DNA from: Patescibacteria group bacterium
Lineage (GTDB): Bacteria; Patescibacteriota; Microgenomatia; UBA1406; GWC2-37-13
DNA length: 64,000 nucleotides
Assembly: GCA_038061735.1 (NCBI GenBank)
Contig: JBBTYO010000011.1
Coordinates: 693 to 64,692, forward strand
Direction of reading: 5' to 3'
Made by a program: the position numbers and the translations under genes. Shown here piece by piece: positions 10,792-21,311 of the stretch. Each line of letters begins with the position of its first letter. The first letter of the stretch is position 1. The notes below the pieces were generated by a model. It searched no databases. It was not told where the DNA came from and was given only the letters and a program-made list of their open reading frames with translations.

Positions 10792-12657
10792 CTAATTTTT
10801 TAAAAATGATAGGTTAAAAAGCCTATAAAGCTGTGAAAGATTGGTTAAAAATTCCAAATTAATTTTAATGAATGGAAAAATTCTTCCTTGTTTTTCTTTA
10901 ATTAATATACTTTTATGTTTTTGTTGTTCAACAATACTTTTTACTCCGTTTTGAAAATCAAATATATTTTCATGTTTTAAAATTCCTGTATATCTTGCCG
11001 GTACGGCGATACCCGCTTCCTTCCCGCTTCTTTGAGTCTTAAGATATAAGCCTCGAAGAGCCCGGCTTTGCCAAGATGGGCTATCTGACCATTCTGTACT
11101 TTCATGGACAGAAACGGATTTATTTTTTTCAGGTAAAACCACTGTTTTAAATAAATACATCTTTTGATCATGTTGTTCTCGTTCTACAAGGTCATTGACA
11201 ATAGTTTTGTCACAAGCTTCTTCAATGCATGTTCTCAGCAATATTTCATAATTAATTACCGAACGTTTGAAAGTTTCCTGCCAATAATTATCTCCTGCCA
11301 ATGACGCTACTTGACGAGCTACTCCTTGTAATAACGATTCCCAAAGATAAGGATTTTGGAAATCTCCTTTTTCAGAAACGGTTGGTCTTATTGAATGTCG
11401 AAAAGTATATTTTTGCCTTAAGGCTTTTCCTACTGTTTCAAAATGGCTCCACATTTCTAAATCGTTCTTCGTATCGCCTCCTCCTCTCATTTCTGCCTCA
11501 AAATAACATTGATTAATACAAGATGGACAGCCGTTTTTAGTTGCTTTCATTGATTCGCTTCGCCATTTAAAATACTCTCCTACATCCAAATCCCCTCCCT
11601 CTAAGAATTGTTCTAGTTGGGCAGTATCATTGGGACGAACTTCGGAACAAACATTAAGCCTCGGGATTAAATGACCGTTAACAAATTGAACGCTGATGTG
11701 AAAAAAATCGGTTGTTTGATCACAGACCCAATGAGGCATATACGGAGCCATAATCAAATACGGCATAGTTGTTCGGATATGACGGTCGGCAAACAATCGT
11801 CTGGCTAATAATCTTCTAAAAACCATCTTAACTTGATCAGTAGTTGGTTCTATAGATTCGTTATTTGCTGAAAAAGCCATTCCTTTTCCTTGAGCCAGGC
11901 CAACGGCAAATAATATGTCATGTTCTGTAATATAATCGCTTAAAGCAACAAAAGTATCAGTATTTTTCCTGGTCATGACGTGAGTAATAGTTGGAGTGAT
12001 ATCTGCGCTCATCGCTTCTTCTGCTTTTACAATTAAATGTTCAAGGTCAGGATTATATTTTGATGGGTCAAAAATGGAATTGGGATGATAGGAAAGATTA
12101 AGTGTTTGTAAACCCATCCTACCGTAAAGTTCGATTAAATCTTTAGTTATAAAACTACCATTACTTGTCAGAGAAATATTTATCTTGCTATTTGTTCCTG
12201 AAGCTATTGTTAACGCAATTTTTTCCGCTGGATTCATCGGTTGTTCCGTATCCATCAATCCCTTTTTATTCTTTCGAAAATAGTATTTTTCTAACGCTTG
12301 TTTTTGCTTTCTATTTATAGTTTCATTTTCAAAAAGTTCAATAACTTTCCCCCATTTTGTATTGGATTGATGAATAGTATCTACTATCTCTCCGTTTGGG
12401 ACAATACTCAACACTGCGGGTTTTAAAAGAGAAATTTGGGAAAATAACTTATTCATCATTTCAACTGGTGGATCAAGAATTGGATTGTATAATTTTCCAG
12501 TTGGAACTGCACAAAAATCTCGACATGAAGGATCATTTGCTTTATTGCAGCCTCCACCACCAAATTCCACAACCACTATTGCTGGATGTCTGTTTTTTTC
12601 TTCTGGCCTTTTTTCTATAAACCTGCCTATTCCTTTTATTCCTTCCAAAATTTGCAT
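10792..12657 (-). CDS. Radical-SAM-like Fe-S protein with atypical Cys motif
   Basis: VEFGGGGCNKANDPSCRDFC, SLTSNG, LNLSYH and a second Cys cluster CDQ...CSE...CPSCINQC; likely start MQILEG at 12657. Confidence 0.6.
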   Translation of the reverse strand: MQILEGIKGIGRFIEKRPEEKNRHPAIVVVEFGGGGCNKANDPSCRDFCAVPTGKLYNPILDPPVEMMNKLFSQISLLKPAVLSIVPNGEIVDTIHQSNTKWGKVIELFENETINRKQKQALEKYYFRKNKKGLMDTEQPMNPAEKIALTIASGTNSKINISLTSNGSFITKDLIELYGRMGLQTLNLSYHPNSIFDPSKYNPDLEHLIVKAEEAMSADITPTITHVMTRKNTDTFVALSDYITEHDILFAVGLAQGKGMAFSANNESIEPTTDQVKMVFRRLLARRLFADRHIRTTMPYLIMAPYMPHWVCDQTTDFFHISVQFVNGHLIPRLNVCSEVRPNDTAQLEQFLEGGDLDVGEYFKWRSESMKATKNGCPSCINQCYFEAEMRGGGDTKNDLEMWSHFETVGKALRQKYTFRHSIRPTVSEKGDFQNPYLWESLLQGVARQVASLAGDNYWQETFKRSVINYEILLRTCIEEACDKTIVNDLVEREQHDQKMYLFKTVVLPEKNKSVSVHESTEWSDSPSWQSRALRGLYLKTQRSGKEAGIAVPARYTGILKHENIFDFQNGVKSIVEQQKHKSILIKEKQGRIFPFIKINLEFLTNLSQLYRLFNLSFLKN

Positions 12658-12960
12658 AGAAACATTATATCGATTTAAAAAAGAAAATCTATAATTAAAA
12701 TTCAAAAGTAAATATTAAAAAGTGGCTATATTATTTTCAAGACTAAATAAGTTAAGACTAGTTAATTAATTAACTGTACATTTTGGTAAATCGTCAGATT
12801 TTAAAAAAAGCGATAAAAGTGAAAAAATAAGAAATTGATTTTTTAATGAATGATTATGGAACAATGAATTGTTCCACTACAACATGAAACATAGATCCTT
12901 CATAATGCAGTTTGATAAATTTTAAAAATAGTAGACTCATAAGAACAACTTATAATACAT

Positions 12961-12994
12961 AAAAAAACCTCGTCGGGCTTACGCATGGACGAGG
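12961..12994 (-). terminator. Hairpin plus T-tract (intrinsic terminator or short RNA end)
   Basis: Minus strand CCTCGTC-CATGCGTAAGCCC-GACGAGG-TTTTTTT. Confidence 0.65.
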
Positions 12995-13055
12995 CGTTTA
13001 TGGGAATAATATACTTTATTAGTTACCAATAGTCAAGACCCTATAGTAATTTAAT

Positions 13056-14276
13056 TTAATCTCTGTCTTTATAATTTAACAGTTCCGGTGTTTTTATAGC
13101 AATATAAATTGTGGCGATGATGGTCGCAATTCCGCCAAAAACGACTGATAAGGGTGTACCCATCAAATAAGCAGCAAATCCTGCTTCTGTTTCTCCCAGC
13201 TGCGGTCCTCCGATATAAAAAACCATGTTAACAGCGGTCATTCTCCCTCTTATGTGATCTGGTGTATTAAGTTGACGGATTACATTTCTGATAACAGAAG
13301 ACATTAAATCGCCGGAACCAGATAGTGCAATAAAAAACAAAGAAAGATAAAAATTCCTTGATAAAGCAAATAAAATTGTATTTAAACCATAAAAACAAAC
13401 ACTAAAAATAAGTAGTTTGCCTTTATTTTTTATCCGATTAATAAAAGGAAAAATTATTCCTGCAAGGATAGCACCAATTGAAGGAGCGGCGTATAGAAAA
13501 CCAAGTTCTTTTGGTCCAACTTTGAGAATATCGACGGCAAAAATTGGCATGAGAGTTGAGGCTGAAGCAAAAAAAGTGGCTACAAAATCAATCATCATTG
13601 AACTAAGAATTAAAGGAGTGCTAAAGACAAATTTGATTCCCTCCATAATACTTTTTAAATTAAGCTCCGGCTTTTTTTCAAATGTTTTTAAAATCGGTTT
13701 CATCAACAGCAGAACAATAATGACAGCAAAAAAACTAACTGAGTTAATTAAATAAATTGATTTAACACCCCAAAAGGCAATAATAAATCCACTAATTGCT
13801 GGTCCGATAAAGTTCGTAGAGCTATAAAGAAGATTGTTAATATTGACAGCCAATGGAAAGTCTTCTTTTTTCACCAAGTTTGGCAGCATAGATTGACGAG
13901 CCGGTGTTTCGAATGATGCAAATCCTGCCTCCAGCCCAACTATTAGATAGATTAACATCGGGGTGATCCTTCCGGAAATTGTTAAAAAAGCAAAAGCTAA
14001 CGAATTAATAATTGAAAAAAATTGAACTAAAAAAATAATTTTTTTCCTATTAAACATATCAGCGGCAATTCCTGACATCAACGAAAAAATTAAGACTGGT
14101 ACAAATTTTGCCAGTCCAACAATTCCTAACGAGAGAGGTGATCTTGTTAATTGATATATCTGCCAGTTGACGGCAACGTCCTGCATGAATGAACCGGTCC
14201 GGGAAATAAAAATACCAACTTGAAGTAGGACGTAGTCGCGATTTTTTAATAAAGATATAAGTGATTTTCTATTCAT
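13056..14276 (-). CDS. MFS transporter (EntS/H+ antiporter-like)
   Basis: 12 TM pattern, motif [20 protein letters not shown]. Confidence 0.88.
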   Translation of the reverse strand: MNRKSLISLLKNRDYVLLQVGIFISRTGSFMQDVAVNWQIYQLTRSPLSLGIVGLAKFVPVLIFSLMSGIAADMFNRKKIIFLVQFFSIINSLAFAFLTISGRITPMLIYLIVGLEAGFASFETPARQSMLPNLVKKEDFPLAVNINNLLYSSTNFIGPAISGFIIAFWGVKSIYLINSVSFFAVIIVLLLMKPILKTFEKKPELNLKSIMEGIKFVFSTPLILSSMMIDFVATFFASASTLMPIFAVDILKVGPKELGFLYAAPSIGAILAGIIFPFINRIKNKGKLLIFSVCFYGLNTILFALSRNFYLSLFFIALSGSGDLMSSVIRNVIRQLNTPDHIRGRMTAVNMVFYIGGPQLGETEAGFAAYLMGTPLSVVFGGIATIIATIYIAIKTPELLNYKDRD

Positions 14277-14965
14277 TCCAGATTAAAGATTTTATCCCAT
14301 TTGCCCTCATCAATAATATCTTCAAGATTATGAAAACTTTTGCCCACTCGATGATCAGTCAAGCGATTTTGGGGAAAATTATAAGTTCGGATTTTTTCAG
14401 CCCGATCCCCTATTCCAACATTAGTAACATAAGAGTTCCTCATCCCTTTTTTCTTTTCTTCTTCAAGTTGATAAAGTTTGGCGTTAAGCAGATCCAGGGC
14501 GATCTTACGGTTTGCTCCTTGGTCTCTCTCACGGCTTGCAGTAACTACGATCCCAGTCGGTCGGTGTATCAACCTGACTGCAGTTGAAACCTTATTGACG
14601 TTTTGTCCCCCGTGTCCACCGGATCTATAAAACTGCCAATCAAGATCGTTGGGATTGATTCGAAGATCTGATTGAATAATTTGTGGCAAAACAACGATGA
14701 TACAGGTAGAAGTGTGGATCCTTCCCTTTCTTTCCGTATCAGGAATTCGTTGGACTCGATGAACACCGGTTTCATTTTTAAATAGATTAAAAGCATCAGG
14801 ACCATTTATCTTAATTGTTTTTTCATCCAAATTGGAATATTTAAATCCTTTTTTTTGGGCAAACAGCAAATATGATTCCAACAACTCCTCCATCCAGAGT
14901 TTTGACTCGTCTCCCCCAACTCCGGGTAAAGCTTCGATAATGGCGACGTTGGGGTTGATTAACAT
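14273..14965 (-). CDS. prfA: Peptide chain release factor 1, lacking N-terminal domain 1
   Basis: [14 protein letters not shown] (PxT), [31 protein letters not shown]; only 230 aa. Confidence 0.85.
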   Translation of the reverse strand: MLINPNVAIIEALPGVGGDESKLWMEELLESYLLFAQKKGFKYSNLDEKTIKINGPDAFNLFKNETGVHRVQRIPDTERKGRIHTSTCIIVVLPQIIQSDLRINPNDLDWQFYRSGGHGGQNVNKVSTAVRLIHRPTGIVVTASRERDQGANRKIALDLLNAKLYQLEEEKKKGMRNSYVTNVGIGDRAEKIRTYNFPQNRLTDHRVGKSFHNLEDIIDEGKWDKIFNLE

Positions 14966-15041
14966 ATTTGTAAAAGAGTTATTAGGTTAACGTGTTAACG
15001 GGTTAATGAGTTGGTTTTTAACACGTTAACTTTTTAACCCT

Positions 15042-16259
15042 TTAACTGGATAACTGCTTTATAACTTCTTCAATATTTAGTTTCTGTTGTTCCCCCGTCT
15101 TCATATCCTTCAAAACCACTTTACCGCTTGCTACTTCCTCCGGTCCAATGATGATTACGTAGGGAATATTTTTCTTGTTGGCATATTTTAGTTGTTTATC
15201 GAGATTTATATTAGGGTCGCTATAAAGGTCAGTATTAATTTTATTTTTTCTTAAGGCTTGAGTTATTTTTTGTGATTGATTTAGTAAGGTTTTTTCAAAA
15301 ATTGTCACCAATACCTTTGTGGTTGTTTTTATATCTGGGAATAAACCTAATTCTTCCATGGCGAGAACGGTTCGATCAAAACCAACTGCAAAACCTACAG
15401 CAGGAATATTCTGATTGCTAAATCTTGATACTAAACTATCAAACCTTTCGCAACCAGCAAGTGATCCACTTTTAAATTCATCAACGATAATTTCCCAAAT
15501 AGTGCCATTAGAATAAGAAAAAGATCGAGCCAAGGTTGGTTTAAACTGATAATTTTCCTTCATTCCATAGTCATCTAAAAATTTAAATATAGTTTTTAAA
15601 TCTTCGTTAGGTTTAGATGAAGATATTTCTTTAAGTAATTTTTTTGCGTCTTCGAGAGAATAATCTTTTCTAATTAATTCAGCAATTACACCTTCTTCTC
15701 CAATTTTTTCTAGTTTATCTATGGCGACGATGGCTTTGTAGGGAGCGTTTTTATATAAAGCACGGTCATTTATTAATGCGATTGGTTTTTTAAATCCTAA
15801 GTTCTTAAAAATATCAATTGTTAAGGCGACCAACTCTCCATCAGAAGCTCTATCATTAACTCCGAAAATATCAGCGTCGCACTGTAAAAATTCTCGATAG
15901 CGTCCTTTTTGAGGTTTTTCGGCACGCCAAACAGTTTGAATCTGATATCTTTTGAAAGGCATAGTTATCTTATCTGGATATTGAGCAATCAGTCTGCACG
16001 TAGGGACGGTTTGATCGTATCGAAGGGCTACTTTTCGTCCACCCGCATCTTCAAATTTATAGAAAAGTTTTTCATCCTCACCAATATTACCGGTAAAGAC
16101 TTCAAGATACTCGATAGCAGGTGTTTCCAATGGCTCAAAACCATACAATTCAAAAGTGTTTCTAATTATATTTGCCACATACTGACGTCTCATCGCTTCA
16201 ATCGGCAAAAAATCCCGAAAGCCTTTCAATATTTGCGGCGTAATTTTTTTGTTGTCCAT
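15042..16259 (-). CDS. hisS: Histidine--tRNA ligase
   Basis: KGFRDF, LRYDQT, RAEKPQKGRYREFLQCD; start MDNKK at 16259. Confidence 0.97.
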   Translation of the reverse strand: MDNKKITPQILKGFRDFLPIEAMRRQYVANIIRNTFELYGFEPLETPAIEYLEVFTGNIGEDEKLFYKFEDAGGRKVALRYDQTVPTCRLIAQYPDKITMPFKRYQIQTVWRAEKPQKGRYREFLQCDADIFGVNDRASDGELVALTIDIFKNLGFKKPIALINDRALYKNAPYKAIVAIDKLEKIGEEGVIAELIRKDYSLEDAKKLLKEISSSKPNEDLKTIFKFLDDYGMKENYQFKPTLARSFSYSNGTIWEIIVDEFKSGSLAGCERFDSLVSRFSNQNIPAVGFAVGFDRTVLAMEELGLFPDIKTTTKVLVTIFEKTLLNQSQKITQALRKNKINTDLYSDPNINLDKQLKYANKKNIPYVIIIGPEEVASGKVVLKDMKTGEQQKLNIEEVIKQLSS

Positions 16260-16303
16260 AGTTGAATTATACAAAAAAACCAGATTTAAGTAAGAAGAAA
16301 TCT

Positions 16304-16753
16304 TTATTGCGTAGAATCTAATGTTACAAGGATATTTTTTATTTCTTTATTTCTCCAGATCTTTAAGTTTATTTTTGTTCCAGATTTTAGTGTTGAGATT
16401 AGATTATAAACAGATTGTTCGTTAAGGCCTACAATTATTCGACCATCAATTTCGGTAATAATATCCTCTTCCCGGATATCGGCTTTTTCCGCTAGTGAAC
16501 CTTTAATTACCTGGGTGACATAAGCACCTTCAGTAAGTCTATTTTGACTGGCCGTTTGTTTATCTATCATTTTGTAGTGAATTCCGATAATGGGTCGATT
16601 GATAATTTGTGAGATTGTGGCGGTTGGAGTAATCGAAGCTTGGTTATTTAAAATAAGCTTATTATTGTTAAAAAAATAAGTTAATAATCCAAATTTTTGA
16701 ACAATCACAATAATAATTATTACTCCAAATAAAACAAGCAGAAGTTTTTTCAT
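16304..16753 (-). CDS. Membrane-anchored PDZ-domain protein
   Basis: N-terminal TM; GAYVTQVIKGSLAEKADIREEDIITEIDG is PDZ-like. Confidence 0.8.
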   Translation of the reverse strand: MKKLLLVLFGVIIIIVIVQKFGLLTYFFNNNKLILNNQASITPTATISQIINRPIIGIHYKMIDKQTASQNRLTEGAYVTQVIKGSLAEKADIREEDIITEIDGRIIVGLNEQSVYNLISTLKSGTKINLKIWRNKEIKNILVTLDSTQ

Positions 16754-16755
16754 AG

Positions 16756-17955
16756 TTATTTAGTCAAAAGCTCAATTGCTTTTTCTAGTTGTTTATCAAC
16801 TTCTTTAGTAATTGTATTTCCTTCCTTGATTTCATTTATAACTTTAATTTTTGGTTCAATCCCTTTGCTATTAATCCAATCTCCATTTGGTAATACCCAC
16901 TTGGCAACCGTTACGTGTAACCCTGCACCTTCTTTTAGATCAAGAGCTTCCTGGACTGAACCTTTACCAAAACTTTTTTCCCCAATTAGTTGCGCACGAG
17001 CATGATCCCGAAGAGCGCCCGCCAAAATTTCCGAAGCGGAAGCGGAGCCTTTATTAATTAATACAACTAAAGGAATTTCCTTTAATACTCCAATTCTTGA
17101 AACTCGATATTCCTTATTGCCGTACAAAGTTGCTTCTTGTTTGACAACTAATTTTCCTAATGGTAAAAATTCTGATGCAAGGTAAACAGAACTGTCCAAA
17201 TATCCACCTGGGTTATCTCGTACATCTAATACCAAACCGGAAACTTGTTTATTTGACCATTTACCAGCAACTTCCTGGACAGCTTTATTCCACTCATCGT
17301 TTGTATTATCTCCAAACTGATTGACTTTGAGGACAGCGATATTCTTTTCGTAACTAAGTTCGACTGAGGAAACGATAATTTGTTGGCGAACAATCACCAC
17401 ATCAAACTCTTTATTATTTCTTTCTAAAGTCAATTTAACTTTGGTGTTTTTTGGTCCACGAATTTTAGAAACAGCCTGAGTTAGAGTCCAATTACTGGTT
17501 GTAACGCCATCAACTTTATTAATAAAATCTCCCGGCTTCACCCCTGAGACTTCAGCCGGAGATTTTTTTAATGGAGCAATAATAATAATCCGATTATCTT
17601 TTAATCCTAGTTGGGCACCAATACCTTCAAATTTTCCACCTAAATCATCTTTGGTTTGTTTATTTTCTTCAGGAGTCAGAAAAAATGTATAAGGATCCTC
17701 GATAGATGCGACCATTCCTTTAATGGCTCCCAAATACATTTTTTTAGGATCGACTTTTTTTTGGTCAACATAGCTTTCTTGTAATTTATTCCAAGTTTCC
17801 CAAAAAAGATCAAAGTTTATATTGCGTTGGTTGTAGGTTGCAGGTTGCAACGAAGTAAAACGACTTTTATATTCCCCAATTTTATAGCCACTACCAAAGA
17901 TAAGGACAATAAAAGATAACGTCAAAAGAATATTTGTTAGTTTATTATTTTTCAT
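16756..17955 (-). CDS. S41 family C-terminal processing peptidase
   Basis: DPYT, GIGA PDZ, LDVRDNPGG, SASASEI, FGKGSVQ. Confidence 0.93.
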   Translation of the reverse strand: MKNNKLTNILLTLSFIVLIFGSGYKIGEYKSRFTSLQPATYNQRNINFDLFWETWNKLQESYVDQKKVDPKKMYLGAIKGMVASIEDPYTFFLTPEENKQTKDDLGGKFEGIGAQLGLKDNRIIIIAPLKKSPAEVSGVKPGDFINKVDGVTTSNWTLTQAVSKIRGPKNTKVKLTLERNNKEFDVVIVRQQIIVSSVELSYEKNIAVLKVNQFGDNTNDEWNKAVQEVAGKWSNKQVSGLVLDVRDNPGGYLDSSVYLASEFLPLGKLVVKQEATLYGNKEYRVSRIGVLKEIPLVVLINKGSASASEILAGALRDHARAQLIGEKSFGKGSVQEALDLKEGAGLHVTVAKWVLPNGDWINSKGIEPKIKVINEIKEGNTITKEVDKQLEKAIELLTK

Positions 17956-18665
17956 TGATAAAGATAAATAGTACTTGAGTTACTCAGTATAGTGCAATAG
18001 GTAAATTTTGTTTTAGTAATTTTTTTGTAATCATTAATATTTTTTAATTGGGCGTAAGGAGTTCCTGACTCTTCGGTTAATTTGGATAAACTTAAAAAAC
18101 CGTTGGCTCCAAGTGCTTCGGCCTTAGCTTTATAATAAGAAGTTATGTTTTCGCAAACAACAATACTATTCAAAACGTTTTCTGAATTAAAATCGGATCT
18201 TTCATCTGTATAAAATGTTCTACCACCAAAATATTGACTAACATTTTTAGCAGGGAATTCTTCACCCTTATTTACCTCGATAGACAGTTCATTTTTTTTA
18301 ATCTTGTTCACTTTTCCCTTGAAATATGAATTGACAGTATTTTCGGCTTCAGTTTTACTAAGTATCGTTATCGAACCGTCAGAATGATTAATTTCTTTAA
18401 TCAAACCTGAATATTTAGAAACGATTTTTTTTGTTGTAAATATCCCCTTATTAATGGCTAATGTTTCATTCTTTTCAATTGACTCTCCAACAAATTTTTT
18501 TAGATAATGAAAAATTTTTTGTGGAGGCACACTTAAATTTTTAGCAATAGAAATATTTATTTCTTCCTCGATCTTTTTTTGTAAAAATGGTGTGTCGAAA
18601 TCTACCGTTTGGCCTTCTTTTAACAAACAATGATCAGAGATAGAAAATGGAATAATTATGAGCAT
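17952..18665 (-). CDS. Hypothetical protein
   Basis: 237-aa ORF overlapping the S41 peptidase start. Confidence 0.7.
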   Translation of the reverse strand: MLIIIPFSISDHCLLKEGQTVDFDTPFLQKKIEEEINISIAKNLSVPPQKIFHYLKKFVGESIEKNETLAINKGIFTTKKIVSKYSGLIKEINHSDGSITILSKTEAENTVNSYFKGKVNKIKKNELSIEVNKGEEFPAKNVSQYFGGRTFYTDERSDFNSENVLNSIVVCENITSYYKAKAEALGANGFLSLSKLTEESGTPYAQLKNINDYKKITKTKFTYCTILSNSSTIYLYQ

Positions 18666-18693
18666 AACAATTCATTATATGAAGAAAAAGTAC

Positions 18694-18903
18694 TCAACGC
18701 AAACCCTGATATGATACATAAGGAATAAGAGCTAAATAACGGGCATATTTTAATTCTTTGGTTAAAATTCTTTGATGTTTAGCACAGACATTAGTTTTTT
18801 CACGATTTAAAATCTTCTTTCTTGGCGTTAAAAACTTTTGTAAATTGTCTACTTCTTTAAAGCTCGGGTTTGCTTTAAACTGACAAAAAAAACATTTATT
18901 CAT
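18694..18903 (-). CDS. rpsR: 30S ribosomal protein S18
   Basis: CFFC...CAKHQR...ARYLALIPY; follows rpsF-ssb. Confidence 0.95.
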   Translation of the reverse strand: MNKCFFCQFKANPSFKEVDNLQKFLTPRKKILNREKTNVCAKHQRILTKELKYARYLALIPYVSYQGLR

Positions 18904-18920
18904 ATAATATTTTTAAATTT

Positions 18921-19397
18921 TTAAAACGGAATATCATCAGGGTTTACAGTTTCTTCTTTTGATGACTCTGTTTTGGCCTCTTCCTTCTTGATCGCCGCTT
19001 CTTCATTTGCTGATATTGTTTCAACCTTTTTATCCGTTGGGCCTGTTTCAGTCATCTTTCTTCCTTCACCAAAAACTATAAAATCGTCGAGAACAATTTC
19101 CGCTATTGTTCTTTGGATACCGTCTTTTCCAGTAAACGTTCGGTATGTCATCCGACCTTCTGCAAATACTTTTCGACCTTTATTCAATAACTTTCCGCAA
19201 AGTTCAGCTAGTTTTTGCCAAGCAACCACTCTATGGTATTGAACTTCCTCTTTAGCTTGGCCATCGCTTGATGTCCAACTTCGATTAGTGGCAATGCTAA
19301 AAGTACATACTGCGGTTCCAATCGGCGTATATTTTAATTCAGGATCGCGGGTTAAATTACCAATCAAAACAATTCGGTTTAACGATCGGCTCGCCAT
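18921..19397 (-). CDS. ssb: Single-stranded DNA-binding protein
   Basis: LNRIVLIGNLTRDPE, C-terminal DDIPF. Confidence 0.97.
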   Translation of the reverse strand: MASRSLNRIVLIGNLTRDPELKYTPIGTAVCTFSIATNRSWTSSDGQAKEEVQYHRVVAWQKLAELCGKLLNKGRKVFAEGRMTYRTFTGKDGIQRTIAEIVLDDFIVFGEGRKMTETGPTDKKVETISANEEAAIKKEEAKTESSKEETVNPDDIPF

Positions 19398-19401
19398 AAT
19401 A

Positions 19402-19662
19402 TTACTCCCGGACTAATAACAAATACCGTAAAATTTTTTCGTTTAGATTAAGTTTATTTTTTAGCTCCAAAACACTTTTTTTATCTATTTCAAATTGAAA
19501 ATTATAAAAAAGAGCTGTACGATTTTTCTTTATTGTATAAGCCAAAGTTCTTTCGCCCCACTTTTCTTCTTTGGTAACTTTACCTTTATACAATTCAATC
19601 AAATCTTTGATTGTCTTTAGCTCAGTTTCTTCCTTTGAAAGGAAAGTTAATTCATATTTCAT
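19402..19662 (-). CDS. rpsF: 30S ribosomal protein S6
   Basis: MKYE, WGERTLAYTIKK, ILRYLL. Confidence 0.94.
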   Translation of the reverse strand: MKYELTFLSKEETELKTIKDLIELYKGKVTKEEKWGERTLAYTIKKNRTALFYNFQFEIDKKSVLELKNKLNLNEKILRYLLLVRE

Positions 19663-19692
19663 ATGTTTATCTGTACAATAATACTAATTAAC

Positions 19693-21276
19693 ATGGGAAA
19701 AATCAACGGTAAAGTAATTTCAATTATTTGGTTATTGACAATTGGTTTATTGGTTTATTCCAGGTTTGTCAACCTGGGCTGGGGTCTTCCCTATCCGATG
19801 CATCCTGATGAGAGAAATATGGCAAGTGCAATTCAAGGATTGAATTGCATAATTTCGAATTTTCGCGAATGCGGTAATCCTCACTTTTTTGCTTATGGAC
19901 AGTTTCCACTTTATTTGGGCTATCTGATTGCTTATTTATTAAAGCTAGAAGCAACTATTAGTTTGAGAATAATATCGGCAGTAGCATCTGTTATAAACGC
20001 AATAATTATTATAAAAATTATAAAATTTATAATTAAAAAAGAATCTTACTTCACACTCTTTATCTCTTATATCATTATTATTTTTTCTCCCTATGCAATT
20101 CAGTTTTCACACTTTGGTACGACGGAATCTTTGCTTATGCTTTTTTATAGTTTGATCGTCTATTTATCAATGCAAATGTTGGAACGTCGTACAACTGTAT
20201 CAGTTATATGGTTGGCTTTAGTTTCAGGGTTGGCAGTAGCTACGAAAGTTTCATCAATGATATTTATTGTTGTTCCGCTAATAACTATATTATCTAGTCT
20301 ACGGTCGTGGGATGGATATAAAAATCTAATTAAATTTGGAGTGTTAGCAATAATTTCTGTGGTATTATTTTCGCCTCATAATTTTTTGAATTTTAGGGAT
20401 TTTATTAGCTCAATGAATTATGAATCTGATGTTGCCCTCGGAAAATCTTTAGTTTTTTATACAAGACAATTTTTTGGGACAGAACCATTTTATTTTCAGT
20501 TAACAAAAATCTTTCCATACGCTTTGGGTTGGCCAGCGTTTATATTAGGAGGGTTAGGATTTTTGGGTCTAAGCTGGAGAGATAAAAAAAACAATCTTCT
20601 CCGTTTTGCCTTTCTGATTTATTTTATTCCAACTGCAATGATATCCGCAAAATGGAGTCGGTTTATGAGTCCGATTTTTCCTTTGATGACGATATTTACT
20701 ATTTTGTTTTTACATAATATTATCCAACGATTCAATCAAAGGCTCTGGATTCCCGCCTTCGCGGGAATGACACTGATATTAATAATTCCTGGGATATCAT
20801 ATTTACATATCTATCAAAACCCCGATGTTCGCTTCACAGCTTCAAATTGGATTTATAAAAATATTCCTAATAATTCGTATATTTTATCGGAAACAGCTAA
20901 CGTCGTTGATATTCCGATAAGCAATGGATACTCTGTTATTTCATTTAATTTTTACGACTTAGATGAAAGTCCGGAATTGCAGTCGGAGTTAAAAGTCCAC
21001 CTTAAAAAAGCTGATTACATATTTATTCCATCAAGAAGAATTTTTGCTAATCATCCAAAAGAACAAAATCCGATTTTAAATAAATATTATGAGGGTTTAT
21101 TTTCTGGAAAATTAGGATTTGTAAAAGTTGCGGAATTTAATTCTTTTCCGAAGATAAGATTATTTGGACAGACATTAATAGAATTTCCTGACGAAGACGC
21201 TGAGGAAACGTGGACGGTGTTTGATCACCCATTGATAAGGATATATAAGCGAATTGCTAAAAATCCTAAATTATAA
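19693..21276 (+). CDS. Polytopic GT-C glycosyltransferase (PMT/ArnT-like)
   Basis: HPDE loop after TM1, many TM helices, ATK motif; contains repeat-encoded WIPAFAGMT. Confidence 0.8.
   Translation: MGKINGKVISIIWLLTIGLLVYSRFVNLGWGLPYPMHPDERNMASAIQGLNCIISNFRECGNPHFFAYGQFPLYLGYLIAYLLKLEATISLRIISAVASVINAIIIIKIIKFIIKKESYFTLFISYIIIIFSPYAIQFSHFGTTESLLMLFYSLIVYLSMQMLERRTTVSVIWLALVSGLAVATKVSSMIFIVVPLITILSSLRSWDGYKNLIKFGVLAIISVVLFSPHNFLNFRDFISSMNYESDVALGKSLVFYTRQFFGTEPFYFQLTKIFPYALGWPAFILGGLGFLGLSWRDKKNNLLRFAFLIYFIPTAMISAKWSRFMSPIFPLMTIFTILFLHNIIQRFNQRLWIPAFAGMTLILIIPGISYLHIYQNPDVRFTASNWIYKNIPNNSYILSETANVVDIPISNGYSVISFNFYDLDESPELQSELKVHLKKADYIFIPSRRIFANHPKEQNPILNKYYEGLFSGKLGFVKVAEFNSFPKIRLFGQTLIEFPDEDAEETWTVFDHPLIRIYKRIAKNPKL
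20746..20772 (-). repeat. REP-like singlet, in frame in the glycosyltransferase
   Basis: TGGATTCCCGCCTTCGCGGGAATGACA encodes WIPAFAGMT. Confidence 0.95.
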
Positions 21277-21311
21277 ATTCCAAGATCCAAACAAATTCCA
21301 AATTTTAATAA

